From: Gemmatimonadota bacterium
Lineage (GTDB): Bacteria; Gemmatimonadota; Gemmatimonadetes; Gemmatimonadales; GWC2-71-9
Assembly: GCA_039588295.1 (NCBI GenBank)
Contig: JBDHAB010000001.1
Location: 96,001 to 160,000 of the forward strand
DNA length: 64,000 nucleotides
Direction of reading: 5' to 3'
The notes under the pieces were generated by a model, which worked only from the letters and a program-made list of their open reading frames with translations, did no database searches and had not been told where the DNA came from. Made by a program: the position numbers and the translations under genes. Below, one piece after another: positions 48,682-58,481 of this stretch (position 1 is the first letter of the stretch; each line of letters begins with the position of its first letter).

Positions 48682-49801
48682 TGTCATCCACAAGGTTATA
48701 GAAGTAAGGGGAGAGGCGCACATGACCGGGCCGCGCGTCGACCACGATCCCGGCTTCAGCCAGCCGTCGTACGTCGCCCGCCGGGTCGGGGCGCGGGACC
48801 ATGACAATCGCCGACCGCACGGTGGCGTCTGATGCGACTCGTGGAGCGAGACCTGCCTGTCGAGCACGCGTAATCAGATCTTCTGTCAGTGCATCGACAA
48901 CCTCGCGAATGCGGGGAACACCGATCTCGCGAATGAGCTCGAGGCCTCCGAGCTGGGTATACACCGCCGCAAGCGCCGGCGTCCCTTGCTCGAAGCGCCT
49001 CGCGTCATCGTGCCAGACGATGCTTCGAGGATCGAACGTGAACTGCTCCGCGTGTGCAAACCACCCGGTCACTGTAGGAGTAAGGCGCTGGATGAGTTCC
49101 GACCGGACGTAGAGGAATACAATGCCAGGTCCGCCCAGCAGCCACTTGAGGCCACCCGCACTCATGAAATCGACACCGAGGTGCCGCACGTCGACGGGGA
49201 TCTGTCCCACGCTCTGGTACGCGTCGATGTAGCACAGAGCACCCTTCGCATGGGCGATCTCGGCCACTGCCCGGACGTCTTGGATCGCTCCTGTGGTGAA
49301 AAACACGTGCGATGTCGCAACGAGCGCCGTACGCTCGTCGACGGCCCGGTCCAAGTCCACGAGATCAATGCCAATCCCGTCTCGACTCTCTACCACCTCG
49401 ACCTCGACGCCGGCACCCTGCTTGGCAATCCATTGGTATGCAACCGTGGGAAAGTCGAGGTCGGTCGTCACGACCTTCGGGCGCCCGGTATGATCCAGTG
49501 CTCCCGCCAGCACCGCCGTCGCGGTCGAGACGGAGGCGTGCAGCGCGATCTCCCCTGGCTGGGCTCCAATGGTCGCTCCGTATTCACTTCTCAGTTGTGC
49601 CAGCGCGTCCCACCACACACCGTACCAGGCTGCGGCCCCGCGATCCGACCACTCGTCGAGAAACTCGGTGAGCTTGCGGCGAGATCGGTGCGAAAGCGCC
49701 CCGAGTGAGCAAGAATTGAGATAGATCTGTCGCTCGAAGATGGGGAACTCAGCGCGATAACCAGCAAGGGAGTGAACGGCGGTGGTCCTTGCGAGCGTCA
49801 T
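48650..49801 (-). CDS. Class V PLP aminotransferase (kynureninase-like)
   Basis: YLNSCSLG, DFPT, DAYQSVG, GGLKWLLGGPG. Confidence 0.85.
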   Translation of the reverse strand: MTLARTTAVHSLAGYRAEFPIFERQIYLNSCSLGALSHRSRRKLTEFLDEWSDRGAAAWYGVWWDALAQLRSEYGATIGAQPGEIALHASVSTATAVLAGALDHTGRPKVVTTDLDFPTVAYQWIAKQGAGVEVEVVESRDGIGIDLVDLDRAVDERTALVATSHVFFTTGAIQDVRAVAEIAHAKGALCYIDAYQSVGQIPVDVRHLGVDFMSAGGLKWLLGGPGIVFLYVRSELIQRLTPTVTGWFAHAEQFTFDPRSIVWHDDARRFEQGTPALAAVYTQLGGLELIREIGVPRIREVVDALTEDLITRARQAGLAPRVASDATVRSAIVMVPRPDPAGDVRRLAEAGIVVDARPGHVRLSPYFYNLVDDNVAAIEILRS

Positions 49802-49834
49802 AGGCGAGCAATATACAAGTATGTTACAACGGGG

Positions 49835-50092
49835 TCAGGTTTCGGGTGCCATTGCACCACGCTGCCGCCGAGCAATAGCCACGAGACTCACGGCGGCCCA
49901 GACGCCCTCGAGGATCACGAAGCCGATGCGCTGATCGAGCACCGCCACAACGGTCAGCGCGAGTGCGCCGATGAAGTTGAACCAGAGATACCCTGAGCCG
50001 GTGCTTGTCCACCAGCGTTGCTGCAGCGCGACGTAGGCACCGAGGACCAACCCGGCTCCCACGAGCGAGACGAATTGCACGATCAGATTCAT
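49835..50092 (-). CDS. Small membrane protein (CBU_0592-like)
   Basis: GAGLVLGAY, YLWFNFIGA, LEGVW. Confidence 0.75.
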   Translation of the reverse strand: MNLIVQFVSLVGAGLVLGAYVALQQRWWTSTGSGYLWFNFIGALALTVVAVLDQRIGFVILEGVWAAVSLVAIARRQRGAMAPET

Positions 50093-50137
50093 GAGCACGC
50101 TTCCGGCCGACGTCCGAGTTGGCTGAGGCTGACACTG

Positions 50138-50368
50138 ATGTTGACTCTTCGCGCGGCGGTTAATCCCCGCCTGGCGATTGACCTCGTGCGCATGGCCTGG
50201 GCGTTCCGCGCCCGAGGCTGGTTCCGGCGCGCACCGTTCCTGCCGCTGCCACCGAGCGACTACATGCGCTGGCGCATGTATACGGCCTACGGCGACGAAC
50301 AGGCGGTTCCACCAGTCGAAGACATCATCCGATTCGCCCGCTGGCGCCGAGAGGTCATGCATCTGTGA
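50138..50368 (+). CDS. Small hypothetical protein; start uncertain
   Basis: PFLPLPPSDYMRWRMYTAYG; stop overlaps the queG start (GTGA). Confidence 0.65.
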   Translation: MLTLRAAVNPRLAIDLVRMAWAFRARGWFRRAPFLPLPPSDYMRWRMYTAYGDEQAVPPVEDIIRFARWRREVMHL

Positions 50369-51342
50369 CACCGGAGCGACAGGCACAGCGGGTGAAAGCC
50401 TATGCTCGCACCCTGGGGTTCGACGTGGTCGGCATCACCCACCTCGAGCCCGTCCCGCATGGTGACGCCCTAACCCGGTGGCTCGAGCACGGCATGGCGG
50501 CCACCATGACCTACATGCACCGTCAAGCGGGGCGCCGCCGCAATCCGGCCACGATCATCCCCGGCGCCACTCGGGCGGTGATGTTAGCCAGAAACTACTT
50601 CCACCCCGACTCCCCACCCGAACCGGGTTCCGGACACGTCGCAAAGTACGCACGCGGGCGCGATTACCATCACGCCCTGCACACACCGCTGACGCAGTTG
50701 GCGTCGTACATCCAGACGCTCGGCGACGAGCAGACGATCGCGCAGGCGTTCGTCGACGCGGGACCGGTACCGGAACGCGAGTTGGCTCAGCGCGCCGGCA
50801 TCGGCTGGATTGGCAAGAACACCATGTTAATCCATCCGCGCCGCGGTTCCTTCTTCTTCCTTGCCGCGATCCTGACCAATCTGAAGCTGACGGTCGACTC
50901 GGCCTTCGACACTGACCACTGCGGCACCTGCCGTCGTTGTCTCGACGCCTGCCCAACAAATGCCTTCGTGGATGAATATGTGCTCGACAGTGCCCGCTGT
51001 ATCTCCTATCTGACCATCGAGCATCGGGACGCCATCGACGCCAGTTTGCACTCGGGGATGGGTACCTGGATCTTCGGCTGCGACGTGTGTCAGGACGTGT
51101 GTCCCTGGAACGTGAAGTTCGCACTCGAGGACGGCGAAACGATGCTCGGCTACACGGCCTCTCTCGAGTGGCTCGCCATCGACGCGCTGCTTACCCTCTC
51201 GGAGGATGACTTCCGACGCCGCTTCGGCTGGACGGCACTCGAACGCACCGGAGTGCGCGGGTTACGCCGCAACGCGCGCATCGCATCTCAGGCGAGGTCC
51301 GTTACCGCACCCGATCCTCCCAGCGCAACTCTGGGCGCTTAG
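50365..51342 (+). CDS. queG: tRNA epoxyqueuosine reductase
   Basis: YARGRDYH, GWIGKN, CGTCRRCLDACPT, CISYLTIE, GCDVCQDVCPWN. Confidence 0.95.
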   Translation: MTPERQAQRVKAYARTLGFDVVGITHLEPVPHGDALTRWLEHGMAATMTYMHRQAGRRRNPATIIPGATRAVMLARNYFHPDSPPEPGSGHVAKYARGRDYHHALHTPLTQLASYIQTLGDEQTIAQAFVDAGPVPERELAQRAGIGWIGKNTMLIHPRRGSFFFLAAILTNLKLTVDSAFDTDHCGTCRRCLDACPTNAFVDEYVLDSARCISYLTIEHRDAIDASLHSGMGTWIFGCDVCQDVCPWNVKFALEDGETMLGYTASLEWLAIDALLTLSEDDFRRRFGWTALERTGVRGLRRNARIASQARSVTAPDPPSATLGA

Positions 51343-52618
51343 CCGAGTCTGGCGGCCTCAGGACCGCCTCGCCAAATACCGCCGGATAGGCGTCCGGAAA
51401 GTCGAGCCGGCTCAACGAGTCAACAAGGAACGCCGCCCGCCCGGTGGGGTCGGCACGAACCACGCCCGGTGGTCGTTGCCAGGTCGAACGCAGCCGGGCG
51501 CTCGTCACCCCGCCGAGCGCGTTCAAGGAGACGCAGGCTACGCCACCGCGGTTGAGCGGCTCTACGAGAGAGAACGGCCCGTAGGTCAGCAGGTTGCCCA
51601 ACGAGTACAGCACCAACCGGCCACGATACCACTCAGCCGCCCGCATCACGTGCGGCCCGTGACCGATCACCGCGGACGCGCCTGCCTCGATCGCCGCGTG
51701 AGCAAAGGCCACCGAGTTACCGCGGTCCTCGCCAAGGTAGCGTTCACGCTCGTCCCGCGTGCGTTGCGCGTCGGTTCCTTCCGCGCCCATATGCATCGTG
51801 ACGATGAGGCGCGGGTATCGCTCCGCCGCTCGAGCCACGTGTCGTCGCACGGCGGCAACGTCGCGCGGGTCAGGACCCGCTTGGGCCGTACTGAACCCGA
51901 GAAACGCGACCGAATCTCCCCCTCGGGTTTGTACCACCGTCGGCAAGGTGTCGGCACCGGTCGCATACACACCAGCGAGTCCCAGATGGCGCAGTGTCGC
52001 CTCGAACCCCGTCCGACCCGCATCCATGGCATGGTTGTTCGCCACGTTCCCGACTACGTCAGCACTGTCACCGAGGCGCCGCAGCGCTGCGGCCGTTTCG
52101 ACCGGCTGTCGGAAGGCGTAGCACGTTCGCGACCCGAGGCGACACTTGGACGGCGCCGAGCCCTCTCCGATCGCGCCTTCGATGTTCAGGAGGACCACAT
52201 CGGCGTCGGCCACCAGGAGCCGAAGTGGGGCAAGCAGCTCGTCTGGGTCGGGGAGTGGCTCGACCGACCGTCCCAGGCGCGCCGCAGCGCGTTGCGACCA
52301 TGCGGAGTCAAGGTTGTTTCCGAGCATGACATCCCCGCCAGCACACACTCGCACATCGCGTGATGCCCGTATCTCCGGCTGCTCGACGACAGAGTCCAGC
52401 ACGCGCTCGATCTCCCACGGCAGCTGCGGCACCACGAGATCGGCGAGCGAGTCCGCTGCCGGGGCGGTGTCCGCTTCGACGGGTCGCACCGACACCGAGT
52501 CGGTCTGCACCGGCGCCGGTTGGGGCGGCGGCTCGAGCGCGGGAGATCCCCCGCACGAACCGAGCGCAGCGACGAGTATCGCGCCGAAGATTGCGGCGGC
52601 GAGGCCCCACGTCGACAT
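51302..52618 (-). CDS. CapA-family metallophosphatase-like lipoprotein
   Basis: LGSC lipobox, GGDVMLG, NIEG, ANNHAMD, HMGAE, GHGPH, YSLGN. Confidence 0.88.
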   Translation of the reverse strand: MSTWGLAAAIFGAILVAALGSCGGSPALEPPPQPAPVQTDSVSVRPVEADTAPAADSLADLVVPQLPWEIERVLDSVVEQPEIRASRDVRVCAGGDVMLGNNLDSAWSQRAAARLGRSVEPLPDPDELLAPLRLLVADADVVLLNIEGAIGEGSAPSKCRLGSRTCYAFRQPVETAAALRRLGDSADVVGNVANNHAMDAGRTGFEATLRHLGLAGVYATGADTLPTVVQTRGGDSVAFLGFSTAQAGPDPRDVAAVRRHVARAAERYPRLIVTMHMGAEGTDAQRTRDERERYLGEDRGNSVAFAHAAIEAGASAVIGHGPHVMRAAEWYRGRLVLYSLGNLLTYGPFSLVEPLNRGGVACVSLNALGGVTSARLRSTWQRPPGVVRADPTGRAAFLVDSLSRLDFPDAYPAVFGEAVLRPPDSAKRPELRWEDRVR

Positions 52619-52620
52619 CG

Positions 52621-53376
52621 TCACAGTCCGGTCGGGTGATCGAGAAACTCCCACGGGAGCCCGAAGCGGAGTGCCAGATGCTCGCCCAGCGTCTTCACAC
52701 CGACCGTCTCCGTGGCGTAGTGGCCCGCGTAGATGACGTTCAGCCCCCACTCCTCGGCGTCGAAGTAACTATGGTGAGGGCCTTCGCCCGTGATGAACGT
52801 ATCGCACCCGGCGTCACGCGCCTGAGCAATCATGTCGCCCGCTGCTCCCGTGACGACCCCGACCCGTTGCACGACCTCGGGGCCGGTGGCAATGAGTCGC
52901 GCCGTTGTCCCGAGCGCGTCCTGTATCTTCGCCACCAGTGTGCCGCGATCCATCGCGAGGCGCCCCGCGACCCCAATGGCCTGACCACGGTAGTCGCCGA
53001 ACCATTCCCAGTCCTCGACGCCCAGCGTTCGGGCCAGGACCGCGTTGTTGCCAATCTCGGGGTGCACGTCCAGTGGCAGGTGTGCCCCATAGAGCGCGAT
53101 GCCATGCTCAATGAGGGATCGGACGCGTCGGCCATGTCGCCCTGTGAGCGGCTGCAGCCCGCCCCAGAACAAACCGTGGTGCACCACCATGAAGTCGGCA
53201 CCACACTTCGCTGCCTGGTCGACGGTTGCCTGGCACGCGTCAACGGCGACGGCGAGCCGCGTGACTTGTCCCGCGTTGGCCACCTGCAGGCCATTCAATG
53301 CTTCCGGGCTGTCGTCGACCTCTGCCACGCGGAGGTAGTGGTCGAGATACTCCGTGAGCTCTTTGAGCGAAGGCAC
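52621..53376 (-). CDS. Nif3-like dinuclear metal protein
   Basis: NGLQV, HHG, HLPLDVH...GNN, GHYATE. Confidence 0.9.
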   Translation of the reverse strand: MPSLKELTEYLDHYLRVAEVDDSPEALNGLQVANAGQVTRLAVAVDACQATVDQAAKCGADFMVVHHGLFWGGLQPLTGRHGRRVRSLIEHGIALYGAHLPLDVHPEIGNNAVLARTLGVEDWEWFGDYRGQAIGVAGRLAMDRGTLVAKIQDALGTTARLIATGPEVVQRVGVVTGAAGDMIAQARDAGCDTFITGEGPHHSYFDAEEWGLNVIYAGHYATETVGVKTLGEHLALRFGLPWEFLDHPTGL

Positions 53377-53384
53377 AACCCGAA

Positions 53385-53795
53385 CTAACGCTCCGGATGC
53401 TGCTGTGCCACGGCACCCTTGGACTTGGGTGGCTGTGCGTCTCCCATGCGGACCTGCCCGTTCACTTCTCCGCCCTCGTGCACCGTCAGTCGTTTCGTCG
53501 CGATATCACCGTGGACCTCTGAGTCCGGCTGAACCTCCACACGCTCCTCCGCGTAGATCGCTCCGATGACTTTTCCCCCGATGATGGCCTGTCTGGTACG
53601 GATATCACCCTGCACCGTGCCGCCCTTCGCAACCAACACTTCTCGTTCAGCGTTGACGCTCCCTTCCACGACGCCCTCGACCTTCACGACACCATCGGTC
53701 GTGAGCTCACCGACAACTCGCATGCCGGGGGCGACGATCGAGAGGCTACCCTCTCGCCCGCTTTGACCGTCCGAATCCGAGGAAAACACAGCCAT
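53385..53795 (-). CDS. Bactofilin
   Basis: SIVAPGMRVVGEL...GDI...GEVNG beta-helix repeats. Confidence 0.9.
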   Translation of the reverse strand: MAVFSSDSDGQSGREGSLSIVAPGMRVVGELTTDGVVKVEGVVEGSVNAEREVLVAKGGTVQGDIRTRQAIIGGKVIGAIYAEERVEVQPDSEVHGDIATKRLTVHEGGEVNGQVRMGDAQPPKSKGAVAQQHPER

Positions 53796-53798
53796 GAC

Positions 53799-54590
53799 TC
53801 AAGTACCCTCCTGCACCAACGTCCGTGGGTCGATCGAACGACCGTCGTGACGAATCTCAAAGTGTAAGTGAGGCGCGGTGGAGCGTCCGGTTGACCCCGA
53901 CAGCGCGACAACCTGACCCGCAGGCACCGTGTCACCGGTGTTCACCAGGAGCCGGGAGGCATGTCCGTACATGCTCTCGTATCCGTCGGGGTGTGACAGC
54001 AGCACGTTGAGACCGTACTCCGGATCTTCGCCCGCTTGCACGACAACGCCGCCGCCGCTCGCCCGAATTGGCGTGCCCGCCGCGACAGCAATGTCCAGCC
54101 CGGTATGCTGTTCGGCGTCTGCCGAGTCACCCACCGTCCCACGCGTGACGATGCCACGCTCGTCGAGCGGCCAATGGCGCGGGACCGACAGATCGGTTTC
54201 GTACCGCTGGACGTCCCCGGGCACCTGAGCCAGCAGCGCCGGGGCAACCGGCGCATCGGTACTCGGGGCACGCGCCGGAACGACATCACCGCCGAGCATC
54301 GTGCGCAACTGATCGTAGCGCTGTTCCATCTGGTCGAGGGCGGCCGCTAGTTCCCGAACCCGACTGTTCTCCTCTCGGAGCCGACCGAGTTCACGGTTGA
54401 GTCCCGGCACTCGGGCCGCTGTGCGAACGATTGGCGCATACAGCACCGCGGAAATTACGAGGAGAACGCCCAGCACGATGCCCGCAACGGTGAGCGCTCG
54501 AAACAGCCACGCGGGCATGCGCACCGCTGGTGACGACACATCGCCGTCACGGTGCACCATGATGGTAACCGTCCGCCTGTTGTGCGTCAT
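53799..54590 (-). CDS. M23 peptidase with TM segment and coiled coil
   Basis: HTGLD, YGH, STAPHLHFE. Confidence 0.9.
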   Translation of the reverse strand: MTHNRRTVTIMVHRDGDVSSPAVRMPAWLFRALTVAGIVLGVLLVISAVLYAPIVRTAARVPGLNRELGRLREENSRVRELAAALDQMEQRYDQLRTMLGGDVVPARAPSTDAPVAPALLAQVPGDVQRYETDLSVPRHWPLDERGIVTRGTVGDSADAEQHTGLDIAVAAGTPIRASGGGVVVQAGEDPEYGLNVLLSHPDGYESMYGHASRLLVNTGDTVPAGQVVALSGSTGRSTAPHLHFEIRHDGRSIDPRTLVQEGT

Positions 54591-55480
54591 CCTTCGAACG
54601 GTTCCCCGAGTATCAGCTCGAGGATGCGTGCGAGGTCGTTGTCTGAATAGAAGTTGATCGTCAGCCTACCACTCGACTTGCCGCGTGCGCTCAGGCGCAC
54701 ATCGGTCTGCAGGCGCCGCCGCAGGGCTTCCTCAACCCTGCGGACCTCGGGATCGCGTGGCTTTTGCCCACGTCTGCTTCGGGGCCGGCGCTGGGCGGCT
54801 GGTCCTCCACGCACCAGGTCTTCGATCTCCCGGACAGACAGCCGCAATTCCACCGCTTTCGCGGCGAGGGTATCGATCCGCCCGCGATCGGCCAGGGCCA
54901 ACAGGGCCCGAGCGTGGCCCGTACTGAGCGCCCCCGTATGGACCAACCCCTGTACCGACTCGGGCAGCTTCAGGAGTCGGAGAGCATTGGAAACGGTTGA
55001 TCGATCGCGACCGGTAAGCGCTGCAATGTCCGCTTGTGAGGTCTGGAAGTCGTCAATCAAGCGCCGATAGCCGCGTGCTTCGTCGATCGGCGACAGCGCG
55101 TCCCGCTGCAGATTCTCGACGAGCGCGAGGGTAAGGAGGGTCCGGTCATCTACGTCGCGCACCACCGCGCCGATCTCGGTCCACCCCAACCGCTGCGCGG
55201 CGCGCCACCGGCGTTCACCGGCGATGAGCTCATACGCGCCGTTCGCGGCACGGCGCACCACGACCGGCTGCAAGAGGCCAGAGGCCTTCATCGAGGCGGC
55301 GAGTTCGGCCAGCGCCGCGTCGTCGATCACGTGGCGTGGCTGATACGGATTCGGTTGGAGCGCCGATACGAGCACCTGCGTGAGCGAACCGTCAGAGCGG
55401 GCGTTCGCGGTCGTCGCGGTAGGACCGAGCAACGCCTCGAGCCCACGTCCCAGCCGTCGCTTCCCACCCGGGGTCGTCAC
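54587..55480 (-). CDS. parB: Chromosome partitioning protein ParB
   Basis: [30 protein letters not shown]. Confidence 0.96.
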   Translation of the reverse strand: MTTPGGKRRLGRGLEALLGPTATTANARSDGSLTQVLVSALQPNPYQPRHVIDDAALAELAASMKASGLLQPVVVRRAANGAYELIAGERRWRAAQRLGWTEIGAVVRDVDDRTLLTLALVENLQRDALSPIDEARGYRRLIDDFQTSQADIAALTGRDRSTVSNALRLLKLPESVQGLVHTGALSTGHARALLALADRGRIDTLAAKAVELRLSVREIEDLVRGGPAAQRRPRSRRGQKPRDPEVRRVEEALRRRLQTDVRLSARGKSSGRLTINFYSDNDLARILELILGEPFEG

Positions 55481-56310
55481 GGTGATGCCTGCCGAGCGGC
55501 GGACCGGGCCGCCCCTGATGGCCGCTCCTGCCGACGAAGCACGCGGCGCACGAGTTCCTGTGCGAGCGAGAGGTAGCTCTTGGCTCCTGTCGACTGGACG
55601 TCGTACAGCAGGATCGGGCTCCCAAAGCTCGGCGCTTCCGCGAGTCTCACGTTTCGTGGGATGACGGTGCGGTACACTTGGTGTCCGAAGTACTCCTTCG
55701 CCTCGGCGGCCACCTGTTTCGACAAGTTCAGGCGCGGATCAAACATGGTCAGGAGTACACCTTCGATCGCGAGATCGGGATTGTGGTTCTGCTGAACCAG
55801 CCGCACCGTGTTCAGCAGCTTCGACAGACCCTCAAGCGCATAGTATTCGCACTGAATCGGAATCAGTACCGAGTCGGCTGCCGCGAGCATGTTCAGCGTG
55901 AGAAGTCCGAGTGACGGGGGGCAATCCACAATCACGATCTCGTAGGCGTCGCGCAGCCGCGCCAGTTTGCGTCGCATCACGCGTTCGCGGCTCGGCCAGT
56001 TGACAAGCTCGACCTCCGCACCGACGAGATCCTGTGTTGCGGGAACGACGTCCAAGGTGGGAAAACTCACACTGCGTTGCACCGCATCGACTAATGCGAT
56101 GTCGTCGTCCATGAGCGCATCGTACATCGAGACTCGGATTTCGCCGGGATCGATCCCGATGCCGCTGGTGGCATTGGCCTGGGGATCGGCATCGATCAGC
56201 AGGGTGCGACGCTCGGCAGCGGCGAGGGACGCCGCCAGATTCACCGCCGTCGTCGTCTTGCCGACTCCGCCCTTTTGGTTCGCGACCGCAACGACCCTTG
56301 AAAAGTCCAT
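55477..56310 (-). CDS. parA: Chromosome partitioning ATPase ParA/Soj
   Basis: [31 protein letters not shown]. Confidence 0.96.
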   Translation of the reverse strand: MDFSRVVAVANQKGGVGKTTTAVNLAASLAAAERRTLLIDADPQANATSGIGIDPGEIRVSMYDALMDDDIALVDAVQRSVSFPTLDVVPATQDLVGAEVELVNWPSRERVMRRKLARLRDAYEIVIVDCPPSLGLLTLNMLAAADSVLIPIQCEYYALEGLSKLLNTVRLVQQNHNPDLAIEGVLLTMFDPRLNLSKQVAAEAKEYFGHQVYRTVIPRNVRLAEAPSFGSPILLYDVQSTGAKSYLSLAQELVRRVLRRQERPSGAARSAARQASP

Positions 56311-56422
56311 AAACGGCTGTCTAGTAATAGCTTACGAAGTATTGTCACAGAGTGGGACGCCGTGTCCCGAGCGAGCGGGGCAATATACCGAGCATTGCCT
56401 CCAGCCGCCAGGACATCACGCA

Positions 56423-56438
56423 CGTTTCACGTGAAACA
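56423..56438. other. parS site 1
   Basis: CGTTTCACGTGAAACA, one mismatch to TGTTTCACGTGAAACA. Confidence 0.9.
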
Positions 56439-56478
56439 ACGGCAGTCGCGTATCAGAACCTCGGGCGCGTACGCCCGT

Positions 56479-56494
56479 GTTTTCACGTGAAACT
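56479..56494. other. parS site 2 (degenerate)
   Basis: GTTTTCACGTGAAACT with perfect 12-bp core TTTCACGTGAAA. Confidence 0.75.
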
Positions 56495-56514
56495 GCGAGT
56501 TTAATCGGAGGGAA

Positions 56515-58389
56515 TCAGGCGGCCGAGCGGTTCCGACGGACGACTTCGAGCACGAGGTTCTGGAGATCGCTGGGCGAGACCCCGGGGATTCGCCCCGCCT
56601 GCGCGAGCGAGCCCGGCCGAACCCGGTCGAGTTTCTGCCGCGCCTCGGTACTCAGGCTCTTGAGGTCCAAATACCCGAGATCCGACGGGAGACGAAACCC
56701 AGCCATTTCAGCCAGTTTCTCGGCCGCGCGCCGCTCCCGCTCGAGATACCCATGGTATTTCAGCTCGATCTCCGCCGACATCCAGGATTCCGGCGTGAAC
56801 CCTTCTGGATCGGACCCCGCCCGCCGGAGCAGGTCCTCGAGAGCAAGCCCAGGGCGGCGTACCAACGCCCCGACCCTCTGACGCTCCGTGACTTCCTGCT
56901 GTCCGGCGGCTCGGAGCAGCGCGTTCGCTTCATTCGGCCGGATCGTCGTGCCCTCCGCGAGGCGAACCAGCTGTTCCTCTTGTTCTCTCCGACGATCCAG
57001 AACCGCCAGCTCGTCACTCGTAAGCAAGCCAAGGCGGGACGCCAGCGGCCCCATGCGTTTGAGCGCATTGTCCTGCCGCAGCAAGAGGCGGAACTCCGCC
57101 CGGGACGTGAAGAGCCGGTACGGCTCATCAACCCCCCGCGTAATCAGGTCATCTACCAGGACACCGAGGTACCCGTCGTCGCGACCGAGGACAACGGGTT
57201 CCTCACCCCGCCCACGCCGGATCGCGTTGATGCCAGCGAGCACTCCCTGCCCCGCAGCTTCTTCATACCCCGTGGTTCCGTTAATCTGGCCCGCGAAGAA
57301 GAGGCCGGCGATGGCCTTGACCTCGAGCCACGGCGTGAGTTGCTGTGGTGGGTAGTAGTCGTACTCGATCGCATAGCCCGGACGAGTCATTTTGGCATGC
57401 TCAAGTCCCGTAACTGCTTGTAAGAATTGCAGTTGTATGTCCGCAGGCAGCGACGTGGAGAGGCCGTTGACGTAGAGTTCGGTCGTCTCGAGGCCCTCAG
57501 GTTCGAGGAAGATCTGGTGCCGCTCCGCCTCGGGGAACCTGATCACTTTATCCTCAATCGACGGGCAGTATCGCGGCCCGCGCGCAGCGATTGCCCCGCC
57601 GTAGAGCGCTGACTCATGCAAATGGCGCCGGATAATCCCCTTCACCCCCTCGCCCGCCCACGTGATCCAACACGGTCGCTGCTCCGGAGAGTGCGGCTGC
57701 ACGAAATGCGAGAAGCAAAAGCCCGGGTCGTCCGCATCCTGACGCTCGAGCCTCGCGAAATCGACGGAGCGGCCGTCGACCCGCGGCGGCGTCCCCGTCT
57801 TGAAGCGATCGACTTCCAGCCCTAGCGCTTCCAGCTGCTCGGCAATGTCGACTGCTGCCGGGTCACCGGCGCGCCCTCCGTCCAATCGGGTGGTCGTGCC
57901 GATGTGAATCTTGCCGCGCAGGAACGTTCCCGCTGTGAGAATCACGGACGTTCCGCGAACCAGACGATCGTCGGCAAGTCGCACACCGACGACCGCATCG
58001 CCCTCGAGCGCCAGCGCCTTCACCGTGGCCTGGAGAAGATCGATTCCCCGCTGCTCCTCGAGGAGCGAGCGCACTGCACGCCGGTACAGTCCGCGATCAC
58101 ACTGTGCCCGGGGCGCCCATACCGCAGGTCCCTTCGATCGATTGAGCATGCGGAACTGAATGGTCGCGCGATCGGCCGCCCGCCCCATGACCCCACCCAA
58201 CGCATCGACCTCACGCACGACCGTCCCCTTCGCAACGCCGCCGATCGCGGGATTACAGGACATTTGGCCAATCGTGTCCAAGCTCGACGTGACCAACAGT
58301 GCCCGAGCTCCGAGACGCACCGCCGCGGTGGCCGCCTCGGAGCCGGCGTGACCTCCGCCAATCACGATGACGTCATAGGGTGCGTGCAT
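56515..58389 (-). CDS. mnmG: tRNA U34 carboxymethylaminomethyl modification enzyme
   Basis: GGGHAG, MSCNPAIGG, KTGTPPR, GPRYCPSIEDK, AGQINGTTGYEEAA. Confidence 0.97.
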   Translation of the reverse strand: MHAPYDVIVIGGGHAGSEAATAAVRLGARALLVTSSLDTIGQMSCNPAIGGVAKGTVVREVDALGGVMGRAADRATIQFRMLNRSKGPAVWAPRAQCDRGLYRRAVRSLLEEQRGIDLLQATVKALALEGDAVVGVRLADDRLVRGTSVILTAGTFLRGKIHIGTTTRLDGGRAGDPAAVDIAEQLEALGLEVDRFKTGTPPRVDGRSVDFARLERQDADDPGFCFSHFVQPHSPEQRPCWITWAGEGVKGIIRRHLHESALYGGAIAARGPRYCPSIEDKVIRFPEAERHQIFLEPEGLETTELYVNGLSTSLPADIQLQFLQAVTGLEHAKMTRPGYAIEYDYYPPQQLTPWLEVKAIAGLFFAGQINGTTGYEEAAGQGVLAGINAIRRGRGEEPVVLGRDDGYLGVLVDDLITRGVDEPYRLFTSRAEFRLLLRQDNALKRMGPLASRLGLLTSDELAVLDRRREQEEQLVRLAEGTTIRPNEANALLRAAGQQEVTERQRVGALVRRPGLALEDLLRRAGSDPEGFTPESWMSAEIELKYHGYLERERRAAEKLAEMAGFRLPSDLGYLDLKSLSTEARQKLDRVRPGSLAQAGRIPGVSPSDLQNLVLEVVRRNRSAA

Positions 58390-58481
58390 AAGCGAAGGAA
58401 CATACACCGGGGAGAGCCAATCGGGGACATTGACCCGTCTGAGCGCGCGCAAACCGGGGCGGCGCCCGTACTACAATCCCG

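Noticed and set aside
56311..56514. Replication origin next to parA
   Set aside because: No cluster of DnaA boxes or AT-rich unwinding element seen; only parS sites
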